IMG/VR virus record: IMGVR_UViG_3300047510_003167
Span: 8,472 to 72,471 of that record
Origin: a virus
DNA: 64,000 bases
Strand: one strand, 5' to 3'
Shown here: in pieces, positions 56,955 to 64,000 of the stretch
Layout: every line of letters begins with the position of its first letter
Position numbering within the stretch: position 1 is the first letter of the stretch
Translations under genes and position numbers: made by a program
Notes under the pieces: generated by a model
Databases searched by the model: none
Seen by the model: only the letters and a program-made list of their open reading frames with translations
Told to the model about the DNA's origin: nothing

Positions 56955-57078
56955 AATCTTTCAGTGTTGTTTTAGCAAGGTTACGCAAGCCATCAGGAGT
57001 AATGGCTTTTACATTGCGCTTGTCAAGTGCATTGGCAAGTTCTGTAAGAGTTTTGAATACAGTCAAAGACTTAGTCAT
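56923..57078 (-). CDS. Hypothetical protein
   Basis: ATGA-coupled, MTKSLTVF. Confidence 0.5.
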   Translation of the reverse strand: MTKSLTVFKTLTELANALDKRNVKAITPDGLRNLAKTTLKDYDKLGEQIKN

Positions 57079-58013
57079 CGTTTGGATGCAGAAGAAAGTT
57101 GTGGAAGTGCAATGCCAGGAAACGGGATGTAACCCGCTTCCATCATATTGAAAAACAAATCCCACGCATGATCTTGTGTGAAGACTTCCTTAGGTTTGTA
57201 CGTACGCCAATGGCTCAGCGGTGCTTGTGGACCAGACTTGGTATGCAACAAAAGAAAACGACCATCACCAGCATGATCCCCTGGAGGGGCATACCACCAT
57301 GCAACACATTTGTCAGAGACTTGACCTCGTGCTTCATTGCGAACTTCAGTGCGCTTGCACAGCAGTTCACGGTACTTATGGAACCACGTCAGGTGGATGC
57401 ACCATGGCTTGAATCCCTCAATCTCTTGCTGGAACAAAGCCACGTTGTTGAGTTGACGTTGAAAGGACCCGCATGAACAGAAAGGCTCAACGCTGGCGGG
57501 CTTACTTTCGTCTTCGACCAACTCAGCGTCCATATCAATGGGCCGATCTGCAGACCGCAACCCGTCCGGCGCAACCAGATGCCCCAGGTCCGTTTGATCG
57601 GATTGAAGAAGCGTAATAACTTTCTTGGGGTCTGACAGATGGATGAACTTGTCAGCCCAGTGGTGTTGAAGTTTTGCATTGGAAGTTAGATGACCAAGAG
57701 CATGGGAATAATTCCAGCCTTTAAACATGACATATGCATTGTTATGCCATATGGATGGCCCCCGATAGTTAGGGCCAAGATAAGAAAAGAAATCTTTCAG
57801 CCTGTGGGTATACTGCTGAAACGCATCTTTTACTTTTTGTGCTGGAAGTAAACGTTCAGCACCATCCCGATACACCACAACGCAAGAAGCATCTCGGAGA
57901 TAGATACCGGCCACATCCGTCTCATCGAAATCCACAAACGCACGACGAAGATTTGTGCGCGTGTAGATCGATGCTTGTGCCGCATTGAGTTCGGTAAGCG
58001 TTTGGGTTGTCAT
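57075..58013 (-). CDS. SWIM zinc-finger-containing protein
   Basis: CSCGSF...WCIHL. Confidence 0.7.
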   Translation of the reverse strand: MTTQTLTELNAAQASIYTRTNLRRAFVDFDETDVAGIYLRDASCVVVYRDGAERLLPAQKVKDAFQQYTHRLKDFFSYLGPNYRGPSIWHNNAYVMFKGWNYSHALGHLTSNAKLQHHWADKFIHLSDPKKVITLLQSDQTDLGHLVAPDGLRSADRPIDMDAELVEDESKPASVEPFCSCGSFQRQLNNVALFQQEIEGFKPWCIHLTWFHKYRELLCKRTEVRNEARGQVSDKCVAWWYAPPGDHAGDGRFLLLHTKSGPQAPLSHWRTYKPKEVFTQDHAWDLFFNMMEAGYIPFPGIALPQLSSASKR

Positions 58014-58036
58014 GATTGAATTGAATTAGGGTTGAA

Positions 58037-58240
58037 TTAAATGAACAGTTGATCGTCCTCTTGACCTTTGCCAAGAGTACCACGCAGCTTTGCCTCTTGG
58101 TAAGCGTATTTACCAATCTTATAGGTGCCGTAGGCAAGAGCCACCCAGGTCAATGGGTTGGCAACAGCAAGGGCAACTGCTCCACCAATGAGGGCTGCTG
58201 TACTACCAGCTTGGAGTGCAGCCTTTTCTTCGTGTTTCAT
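58037..58240 (-). CDS. Small membrane protein
   Basis: Hydrophobic Ala-rich helix. Confidence 0.6.
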   Translation of the reverse strand: MKHEEKAALQAGSTAALIGGAVALAVANPLTWVALAYGTYKIGKYAYQEAKLRGTLGKGQEDDQLFI

Positions 58241-58289
58241 AATGTTTACTTTTGGGTTTAATGTAGAATTAAATGTACGCTCTAATCAA

Positions 58290-58544
58290 ATGAAAGAGAT
58301 TAAATACGTACCGCTCCAGAAGTTTCAAATAGAACCTTCAATGGAGGATAAGTTTTGGGAAGAAAAGATCAAAAGAACAATTGATGAATGTAACTCGGTA
58401 AGTACCTTAAAAGAAGTAGCAACCCTCTTGGCGAGGATTGCTACTCAAAGACAAGGAATTATTCGTGGGTTAGTTCAAGATATGTTTATCTTTAATGACG
58501 TTGCAGTTGATACTACAGACCTCACCAACCCCGACGTTACCTAA
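58290..58544 (+). CDS. Hypothetical protein, weakly NblA-like
   Basis: EPSMEDKFWEEKIKRTI...LKEVATLL...RQGIIRGLV; lone + strand gene with TAGAAT upstream. Confidence 0.55.
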   Translation: MKEIKYVPLQKFQIEPSMEDKFWEEKIKRTIDECNSVSTLKEVATLLARIATQRQGIIRGLVQDMFIFNDVAVDTTDLTNPDVT

Positions 58545-59645
58545 TCAAAGGCTGCTGTCTTCACCGGTGTCCGGATCACGAGCAGATTGCAGAGCTTTGA
58601 TATCTCCATCGCCACGAGTGACGGGAAGAATCTCAACTCCTGGGGCAATACCATAAGCACCACCCAACTTCTCAGCATCTTGACGAGAGTGCTGATTGAT
58701 GTAGTCCTGGAACAGCTCTTGGAATTTCCAAGTAGTTTCCCGATCTTCATCAGGAATAGACATGCGGTTAAGTGATTCAACCGCAGTTTCTTGATCGCTG
58801 TAATCAGGAATGTCAAACGATTCAATGGCGCAGATTTCTACGTTGTTTGCACCTCGCATTTCATTTGCAAGCACAGGTGCAAAAACCGTGGTTGCATAGA
58901 ACTTTTCATTGAAGCTCAGCGGCACTTCAGCGTCCAGTGCCTTGCTCAGGCACTTGGACATTTCCTTTTCGTACAGCTTGACCTTCTCAGATACATCAGT
59001 ACCATTAAGCCCTTTCAAGGTCAGGACCATGGGAATCTTGTGGGCCCGCTTGTTGTCACTGGTAAGGATGTAAACCAGATACTTGGTACGCACGCTGTAC
59101 TTGCGCTTGTACATCTCACCTTTGCTGTTGGCAAGATCAGCGGCAATCTTGTCAGCTTCCCAAAGTTCTTTGACCTCAGGGTTTTCAAAGGTACCAATCG
59201 TTTGCCTCATCCCTGTGGTTTCTTCCACCATGAGGGGAGAACGCAGCAGGATTTGCAGGCGAGGCTCAGTAAAGTTAAGGCCCTCCTCAACAGAAGTGTT
59301 AGGGGCCATACCAAAAGTTTGCTTATAGTTCCAAATAACAGAACCTTTAGCAAACTGATCTTCAGTTGCAGACCACCCGCAAGTATCTAGATCAGAGTTA
59401 CGAATGAACCAACCACGCACCTTGGATTTGTTAAGGGGCTGAATGGTTACAAGATTCTGGTAGCCAGAAACAAACTCTTTGGATTGAAAAAGCTTGAATG
59501 ATTCAATCCCGCGAGTTGCTAGGGATGCAGTTTTCTTCACAGTCATTTTCGTAGGAGGGTTAAAGGAAGGTTCAGGTTTTTTTGTTTCAGCTTCGATGTT
59601 ATCCATCCAAGCTTCACTCATCATGTCAACCGGAGTTGAAGTCAT
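58545..59645 (-). CDS. Conserved cyanobacterial/cyanophage protein (DUF5895-like)
   Basis: PRLQILLRSPL, TKYLVYIL..DNK.AH.IP.VLTLKG; acidic tail; next to SSB. Confidence 0.65.
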   Translation of the reverse strand: MTSTPVDMMSEAWMDNIEAETKKPEPSFNPPTKMTVKKTASLATRGIESFKLFQSKEFVSGYQNLVTIQPLNKSKVRGWFIRNSDLDTCGWSATEDQFAKGSVIWNYKQTFGMAPNTSVEEGLNFTEPRLQILLRSPLMVEETTGMRQTIGTFENPEVKELWEADKIAADLANSKGEMYKRKYSVRTKYLVYILTSDNKRAHKIPMVLTLKGLNGTDVSEKVKLYEKEMSKCLSKALDAEVPLSFNEKFYATTVFAPVLANEMRGANNVEICAIESFDIPDYSDQETAVESLNRMSIPDEDRETTWKFQELFQDYINQHSRQDAEKLGGAYGIAPGVEILPVTRGDGDIKALQSARDPDTGEDSSL

Positions 59646-59666
59646 AATCAGTTCAGGGTTTGGTAA

Positions 59667-59695
59667 TGAGTCTTTTAACGTCATCCTCCAGGACG
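59667..59695 (-). promoter_or_regulatory. Pseudoknot-like leader motif, copy 2
   Basis: CGTC-C-TGGAGGA-T-GACG-TTAAAAGA-CTCA, 21 nt before ATG 59645; stem 2 weaker. Confidence 0.6.
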
Positions 59696-59700
59696 GGCGC

Positions 59701-59931
59701 TCAGTCTAAACTCAAAAGAGGCTCAGCCTTAGCTTTGGCACAACTCTTAAGATAGTCCTCATGTTCTTCAAGTAACTCGCGCATTGCTTCGTAAATGCTT
59801 TCACGGGCATAGCCCATGGCAAGCATAAACTGCACAAAGTGTTCCATTACTTCATCAGTAGTCACACCTTGAGACTCAAATGAGATTGATAAGTCTTCAT
59901 TTGAGTGTTGAAATTTAATTGTGCTTTTCAT
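59701..59931 (-). CDS. Hypothetical protein
   Basis: 76 aa, EVMEHFVQFMLAMGY. Confidence 0.65.
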   Translation of the reverse strand: MKSTIKFQHSNEDLSISFESQGVTTDEVMEHFVQFMLAMGYARESIYEAMRELLEEHEDYLKSCAKAKAEPLLSLD

Positions 59932-59940
59932 TTACTAAAA

Positions 59941-60747
59941 TCAGAATGGTTCTTCATCAAGTGCAGGGGCTGTGCCGTACTGACCAGGCAGCTCTGGCAG
60001 ACCACCAGATGCTTTGTTCCAGGGATCAGACTCATCCTCTGCCGTCTTGCCACCCCACAGGCTGCTGACATTGCTGTCAGATACCACAGTGGTTTGGGGT
60101 TGAATAGGCTTAGGACCATCGCTTGCTTTAGGTGCAAGCGTCATGGACACCAATTGAATCTTGGTGATTTGTTTTTTCTCCTTGGATTCTTTATCAACCC
60201 AAGCATCAGTAACCAATCGCCCTTGGATAGTCAGGCCCACGCCTTTACGCGTGAAGTTAACAAGAAGTTCAGCGTTGTTTAACTTATCTTCACTTGAATT
60301 AATTGCGTAGAAGTTAAACAGATCTGCTTGGTTCCTACCAGTATTAACCGATAGGGTTTGATTGCAGATCATCAAACCATCCGCCGTTGTCTTGAAGGCA
60401 CGGGCATCCGCATGATCGATGTCCTTGACGCACCGACCGCTAAGGATAACGGTATTAAAGATCGGAAACTGATCATTGACTGTTGCAATGATTCCGCCGT
60501 GTAGCGAATACGTCCTGGTTTCCAGGTCAAAACGTAGCTTGGCACCATGAATGTAAATCTGTGCATTCTTGGGCGTACGGCTAAAGCGTTCAGCATTCTT
60601 GCCATAAACATTGAGTTCGATTGGAGTTGGTGCTTTGTTGCCAATAGGAGGCAGCAGTACACTGCATCGCATGGCTGTGGAAGTAGCGCTGATGTAAACC
60701 TCGCGAGGTGCTTCGGCAGTTTGAGCGCAAACAGAAACAAAGTTCAT
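59941..60747 (-). CDS. ssb: Single-stranded DNA-binding protein with two tandem OB folds
   Basis: NTVILSGR..KD...RKG..LTIQGRLVT..WVDK and acidic DEEPF tail; N-terminal half repeats the pattern. Confidence 0.85.
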   Translation of the reverse strand: MNFVSVCAQTAEAPREVYISATSTAMRCSVLLPPIGNKAPTPIELNVYGKNAERFSRTPKNAQIYIHGAKLRFDLETRTYSLHGGIIATVNDQFPIFNTVILSGRCVKDIDHADARAFKTTADGLMICNQTLSVNTGRNQADLFNFYAINSSEDKLNNAELLVNFTRKGVGLTIQGRLVTDAWVDKESKEKKQITKIQLVSMTLAPKASDGPKPIQPQTTVVSDSNVSSLWGGKTAEDESDPWNKASGGLPELPGQYGTAPALDEEPF

Positions 60748-60767
60748 GTGTTCAGAAGTTGGGTGTA

Positions 60768-60794
60768 AGGCAGTTTAACGTCATACCTGGGACG
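60768..60794 (-). promoter_or_regulatory. Pseudoknot-like leader motif, copy 3
   Basis: CGTC-CC-AGGTA-T-GACG-TTAAAC-TGCCT, 20 nt before the ssb ATG. Confidence 0.7.
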
Positions 60795-60904
60795 CAGCAA
60801 AGCCTAGTATGTATTTTCTTTTAATGATTGAAAAGTTAAAAATTGTCACATTAAAAAACGCCTTGAGAACAAAGCGTTTTCAAATGGATATTGATTTACT
60901 TTAA

Positions 60905-61372
60905 TCAAAAATTACCCATCATTTGAGCAAGGCCACCAGCGTAAGTGTCACGACGGCCTTCTAAAGATTTTTGACGTTGTTGACGACCTTTAGAGCCTTC
61001 AAGTTTTTCTAACAGTGTTTGAAATTTTTGTGTATCAAAATAATCATCTTTTGCATTGCCTGCTTGGCCTTCAGTAATTCCTTGTCCTTCCCACGTACGC
61101 CCTTCATTTTTTCCCCAGTTTTCATAATGAGTTTGAGCCAACTGATCATCGGTGAATTGACCAGCATCAGTATAGTTTGTACCTAATCGTTGATTAGTAA
61201 GATTAATCCAGTTTTGCTCCCAACCACTTGTATCTTGTAATCCCCGACTATTAAGCCAGTCTTTATAAGTAGTGTTGAAAGTAGTTCCCGTATCTATTCC
61301 AGCTTGTTGTGCATCATCAATGTAAATTTGTGCATCTTCATATTTATTAAGATAATCTTGCCAGTTAGCCAT
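60905..61372 (-). CDS. Hypothetical protein
   Basis: 155 aa; HYENWGKNEGR motif similar to HYTSQGRPAGLR in 19455-22124. Confidence 0.65.
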   Translation of the reverse strand: MANWQDYLNKYEDAQIYIDDAQQAGIDTGTTFNTTYKDWLNSRGLQDTSGWEQNWINLTNQRLGTNYTDAGQFTDDQLAQTHYENWGKNEGRTWEGQGITEGQAGNAKDDYFDTQKFQTLLEKLEGSKGRQQRQKSLEGRRDTYAGGLAQMMGNF

Positions 61373-61458
61373 GATTTTTTTTTATTTATGTTAATTCTAA
61401 CTTGTGTTAATGGGTTTCAGACCAGTTGTTTTTAAAGCAGCATGCCTAAAACAAATCT

Positions 61459-61632
61459 TTATTCTTTAACTGTTGGTAATGGATCACCTAAACTTTCAAG
61501 CCAACACAACATGCACCAATTACCTTCATAGCCTCTAACAGTGCTATTAATGTATTGATCATGTGTTCCATGTTTGGGACAAACAATTTTTAATTTAGAT
61601 TCATTAAATGCAAAAAGTTCAGTTGATTCCAT
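61459..61632 (-). CDS. Small Cys-rich hypothetical protein
   Basis: CPKHG...WCMLCW. Confidence 0.5.
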   Translation of the reverse strand: MESTELFAFNESKLKIVCPKHGTHDQYINSTVRGYEGNWCMLCWLESLGDPLPTVKE

Positions 61633-61642
61633 GTTTAATACA

Positions 61643-63493
61643 TTAGTGGGTTTCTGACCAGTTGTTTCCAACGCGAGAGTCACCTTCAATCTTGCATTGG
61701 AATTTAAAAAATTCTTGAGCCTGCGGAAAGGCTGCCAATGCATGGGTTTGAATGGTTGCAGTCAATGCTGGTGAACAACTGAGTTGAATCTCGTCATGGA
61801 TCATAGCGTTCTGAACCCAGTCTTGGCCATGGACCAGGCCAATCTCATTTAAATTTTTATGTACGTTGATGACTACTTGTTTCATTAACACTGCGCCTGC
61901 TGCTTGTAATAAAACATTTAATCCTTTGAATTCAGATCGGCAATACAAGGCACGTCCATCTAGACCACGCAGATAACCACGATTTGTAATTGTATTTGAC
62001 AGTTTTGTTTTAAGTTTCTTTAATGCTGGTACACCATTCATAAATGAATTAATTGCAGTACTTCCCATTTGACGTAGAAGTATTTCATCTTTTTCATTCG
62101 GATCAATAATTGTTCCAGCTTTTAATGCACCACATCCATACAGCAATCCATACAGTAAACGCTTACTAATATCCCTGGTAGCCACACCAAATTGTTCTTG
62201 GTTATACGTATGAATATCAATTGATTCATCCGTGACAATAGATGCGTAGTGCCCGTCATCCCATAGTGCAAGATAACCAGCAAGACACCTAAGTTCTAAA
62301 GCCTTGGCATCTACACCAATCAAATTCCATCTTTGGGGCGGATGAAATAAAGCACGGCATTCTTTACCGTAAGGACTATAGGAAGCAGGAACCTGACCCA
62401 TATTTGGATTACGGTGAGCACAACGGCCAGTAATACAACCGTTAGTAATAAGATCACCATGCATACATCCGGTGTTGTTGTTAACTAATTTGAGCCAGGC
62501 ATTGTTGCCTTCTGCTATTTGACCAAGGCGTTTCTTGACAAGCATGTATTCAGCCAAGGGCTGTGCTTCTGGATATGGCAGTGCAGCCAAGATGTCGTCA
62601 TCTAATACTGGATTGCCTTTCTCTGTAGTTTTCTCAGGCACCCATCCATATTTTGTCTGGAGCCTATCGACAATTTGTTGACGTGATCCAGGATTAAATT
62701 CTTCAAAGTGAACTTTGGTAAACGGTTCACCTTTAACATAACCACGGTTCTTGTTGTTTACCTTGGGGATAAACACCGTTTCATGTTTGATAGGTGGAAA
62801 AATTTCCTTTAGCTTTGTTTCAAATTCGCTTTGTTTTGCTCGGAGATCATCCACCAAATCAAGAGCTGCATCCACATCAAAAGGAAAACCTGCTCTAATT
62901 TGCTGGTTAATTGCCAAAGCGAAGTCGTGCTCGAGTCGCAATGCATATTGTGCATAGTTTTCTTGTTGAATCTTTTGAAATAGTTTGTGGGTAATAGTAA
63001 CGTCTTGCCTGCAATACTCAGCCATTTCTTCTGAGTATTCTTTAAAGTCTTTGAATTCAATTTTGTTATCAGATAGCCGATAACCCCAGGCTTTGAGCGA
63101 TGCTGATCCGCGCAGTTTCGATGGAACCTGCGGATATTGTTCTGAGTCAAGATCATCAAGAACCTCTTTGGGCCAGATCAATCGTGTACAAATGAGTGTG
63201 TCAATAATGCGTGCTTTGCAGTCAATTGAATGCAGCTTTTGCAGAACTGGAATGTCATAAAAGATTATGTTGTGACCAATGAGTACGTCAGCGGTAGCCA
63301 GATGCTCAAGAGCAGTAGCAATACTGTCAGGCCCATAAGTAAAAGTTTTGTTTCGACAGATATCATGTATGACAACGCAATGGACAACCGTAACGTCATC
63401 ATACAAATTATCCGTTTCAATATCAACAATCAACCAACATTTATTTACATCACTGGGATGCATTTCAAATGTAGATTCTTTGACTGTTGACAT
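61643..63493 (-). CDS. Family A DNA polymerase, T7-like
   Basis: Exo DIET, GHNIIFYD, YCRQDV; pol motifs DAKALELR, RDISKRLLYGLLYG, IHDEIQ. Confidence 0.95.
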   Translation of the reverse strand: MSTVKESTFEMHPSDVNKCWLIVDIETDNLYDDVTVVHCVVIHDICRNKTFTYGPDSIATALEHLATADVLIGHNIIFYDIPVLQKLHSIDCKARIIDTLICTRLIWPKEVLDDLDSEQYPQVPSKLRGSASLKAWGYRLSDNKIEFKDFKEYSEEMAEYCRQDVTITHKLFQKIQQENYAQYALRLEHDFALAINQQIRAGFPFDVDAALDLVDDLRAKQSEFETKLKEIFPPIKHETVFIPKVNNKNRGYVKGEPFTKVHFEEFNPGSRQQIVDRLQTKYGWVPEKTTEKGNPVLDDDILAALPYPEAQPLAEYMLVKKRLGQIAEGNNAWLKLVNNNTGCMHGDLITNGCITGRCAHRNPNMGQVPASYSPYGKECRALFHPPQRWNLIGVDAKALELRCLAGYLALWDDGHYASIVTDESIDIHTYNQEQFGVATRDISKRLLYGLLYGCGALKAGTIIDPNEKDEILLRQMGSTAINSFMNGVPALKKLKTKLSNTITNRGYLRGLDGRALYCRSEFKGLNVLLQAAGAVLMKQVVINVHKNLNEIGLVHGQDWVQNAMIHDEIQLSCSPALTATIQTHALAAFPQAQEFFKFQCKIEGDSRVGNNWSETH

Positions 63494-63516
63494 GGGTGAA
63501 CAAACGTAATACTTGT

Positions 63517-63750
63517 TTACTTACGGAAGCGTCCTTCATCATGAATGGAAAGATCTTCAGCAGCCAAGGTGCTTTCGTTCTTTAGGATCCAATTCAGAAT
63601 TGAGGCAGCACCTGCGCGATATGGATGGCTGAATACTTTATTCAAAGCCACATCTGAATCTAATGGAACCAACTGAAAAGAGTTGGTTTGATTACAGGCT
63701 GTAATGGCATGAGGCACACCATCTTTCCATGTAGCAATAATGTAACTCAT
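63517..63750 (-). CDS. Hypothetical protein
   Basis: ORF from MSYIIATW. Confidence 0.55.
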   Translation of the reverse strand: MSYIIATWKDGVPHAITACNQTNSFQLVPLDSDVALNKVFSHPYRAGAASILNWILKNESTLAAEDLSIHDEGRFRK

Positions 63751-63807
63751 AAATAAAAAGGAAGAACGGATAAATGATATCCGCTCTTCCTCCAAACGCA
63801 AGTGCCT

Positions 63808-64000
63808 TTATGCAACCTTAAGCTTTGGCTTGTGGTATCCCACAAATGCTCCTTGCTTCTTACGTAGAGACAGGGCCTTGCTTGCAGCAGAGCCAGCCCT
63901 CTGGGATCCATGGACCAAGAGTGCGAAAGGCTTATCGCCTAGACAATGGCTGTCATCATGGTCAATCTCAAGGCCGCGTGTAGCCGCCTCTTCTTCTGTG
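63808..64000 (-). CDS. C-terminus of a phage protein (Gp88-like), 5'-truncated
   Basis: ...EEEAATRGLEIDHDDSHC..KPFALLVHGSQ...VGYHKPKLKVA stop. Confidence 0.55.
   Translation of the reverse strand, partial: TEEEAATRGLEIDHDDSHCLGDKPFALLVHGSQRAGSAASKALSLRKKQGAFVGYHKPKLKVA

Noticed and set aside
59646-59684. ATG inside the leader motif as the true start of the DUF5895-like gene
   Set aside because: The same ATG leads to early stops in the other two copies; ATG 59645 matches their 20-nt spacing
56715-59703. Stop plus 5 nt plus pseudoknot read as a retrovirus-like readthrough signal
   Set aside because: Readthrough frames hit another stop within 10-16 codons and do not join the downstream genes; copy 3 has no adjacent upstream stop
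63390-63400. TAACGTCAT inside the polymerase gene as a fourth motif copy
   Set aside because: Lacks the complementary GGACG and stem 2, and lies within coding sequence

Overview
This window is a 64-kb internal segment of a tailed dsDNA phage, very probably a cyanophage (NblA-like genes, speD, cyanobacterial-type integrase fragment). It contains no host housekeeping genes, rRNA or CRISPR array. Positions 1-36 kb are mostly + strand morphogenesis genes: terminase C-terminus, portal, scaffold, major capsid protein, virion proteins, collagen-like and repeat-rich fibres and four peptidoglycan hydrolases. Positions 36-64 kb are mostly - strand replication, recombination and accessory genes: Prim-Pol/SF3 primase-helicase, exonuclease, speD, gmd/ColD-like/glycosyltransferases, Dps-like, Gp157-like, tandem SSB and a T7-like PolA. 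The best candidate new system is a 24-nt coding gap at 50805-50828. It has matched UCG take-off and landing codons, three in-frame stops and a GNRA hairpin, and it sits inside a conserved gene directly downstream of a homing endonuclease, which parallels the T4 mobA/gene 60 ribosomal-bypass cassette. The second candidate is three copies of an H-type pseudoknot motif placed 20-21 nt upstream of genes in the SSB/recombination module. Family names come from motif recognition and memory; no database search was run.
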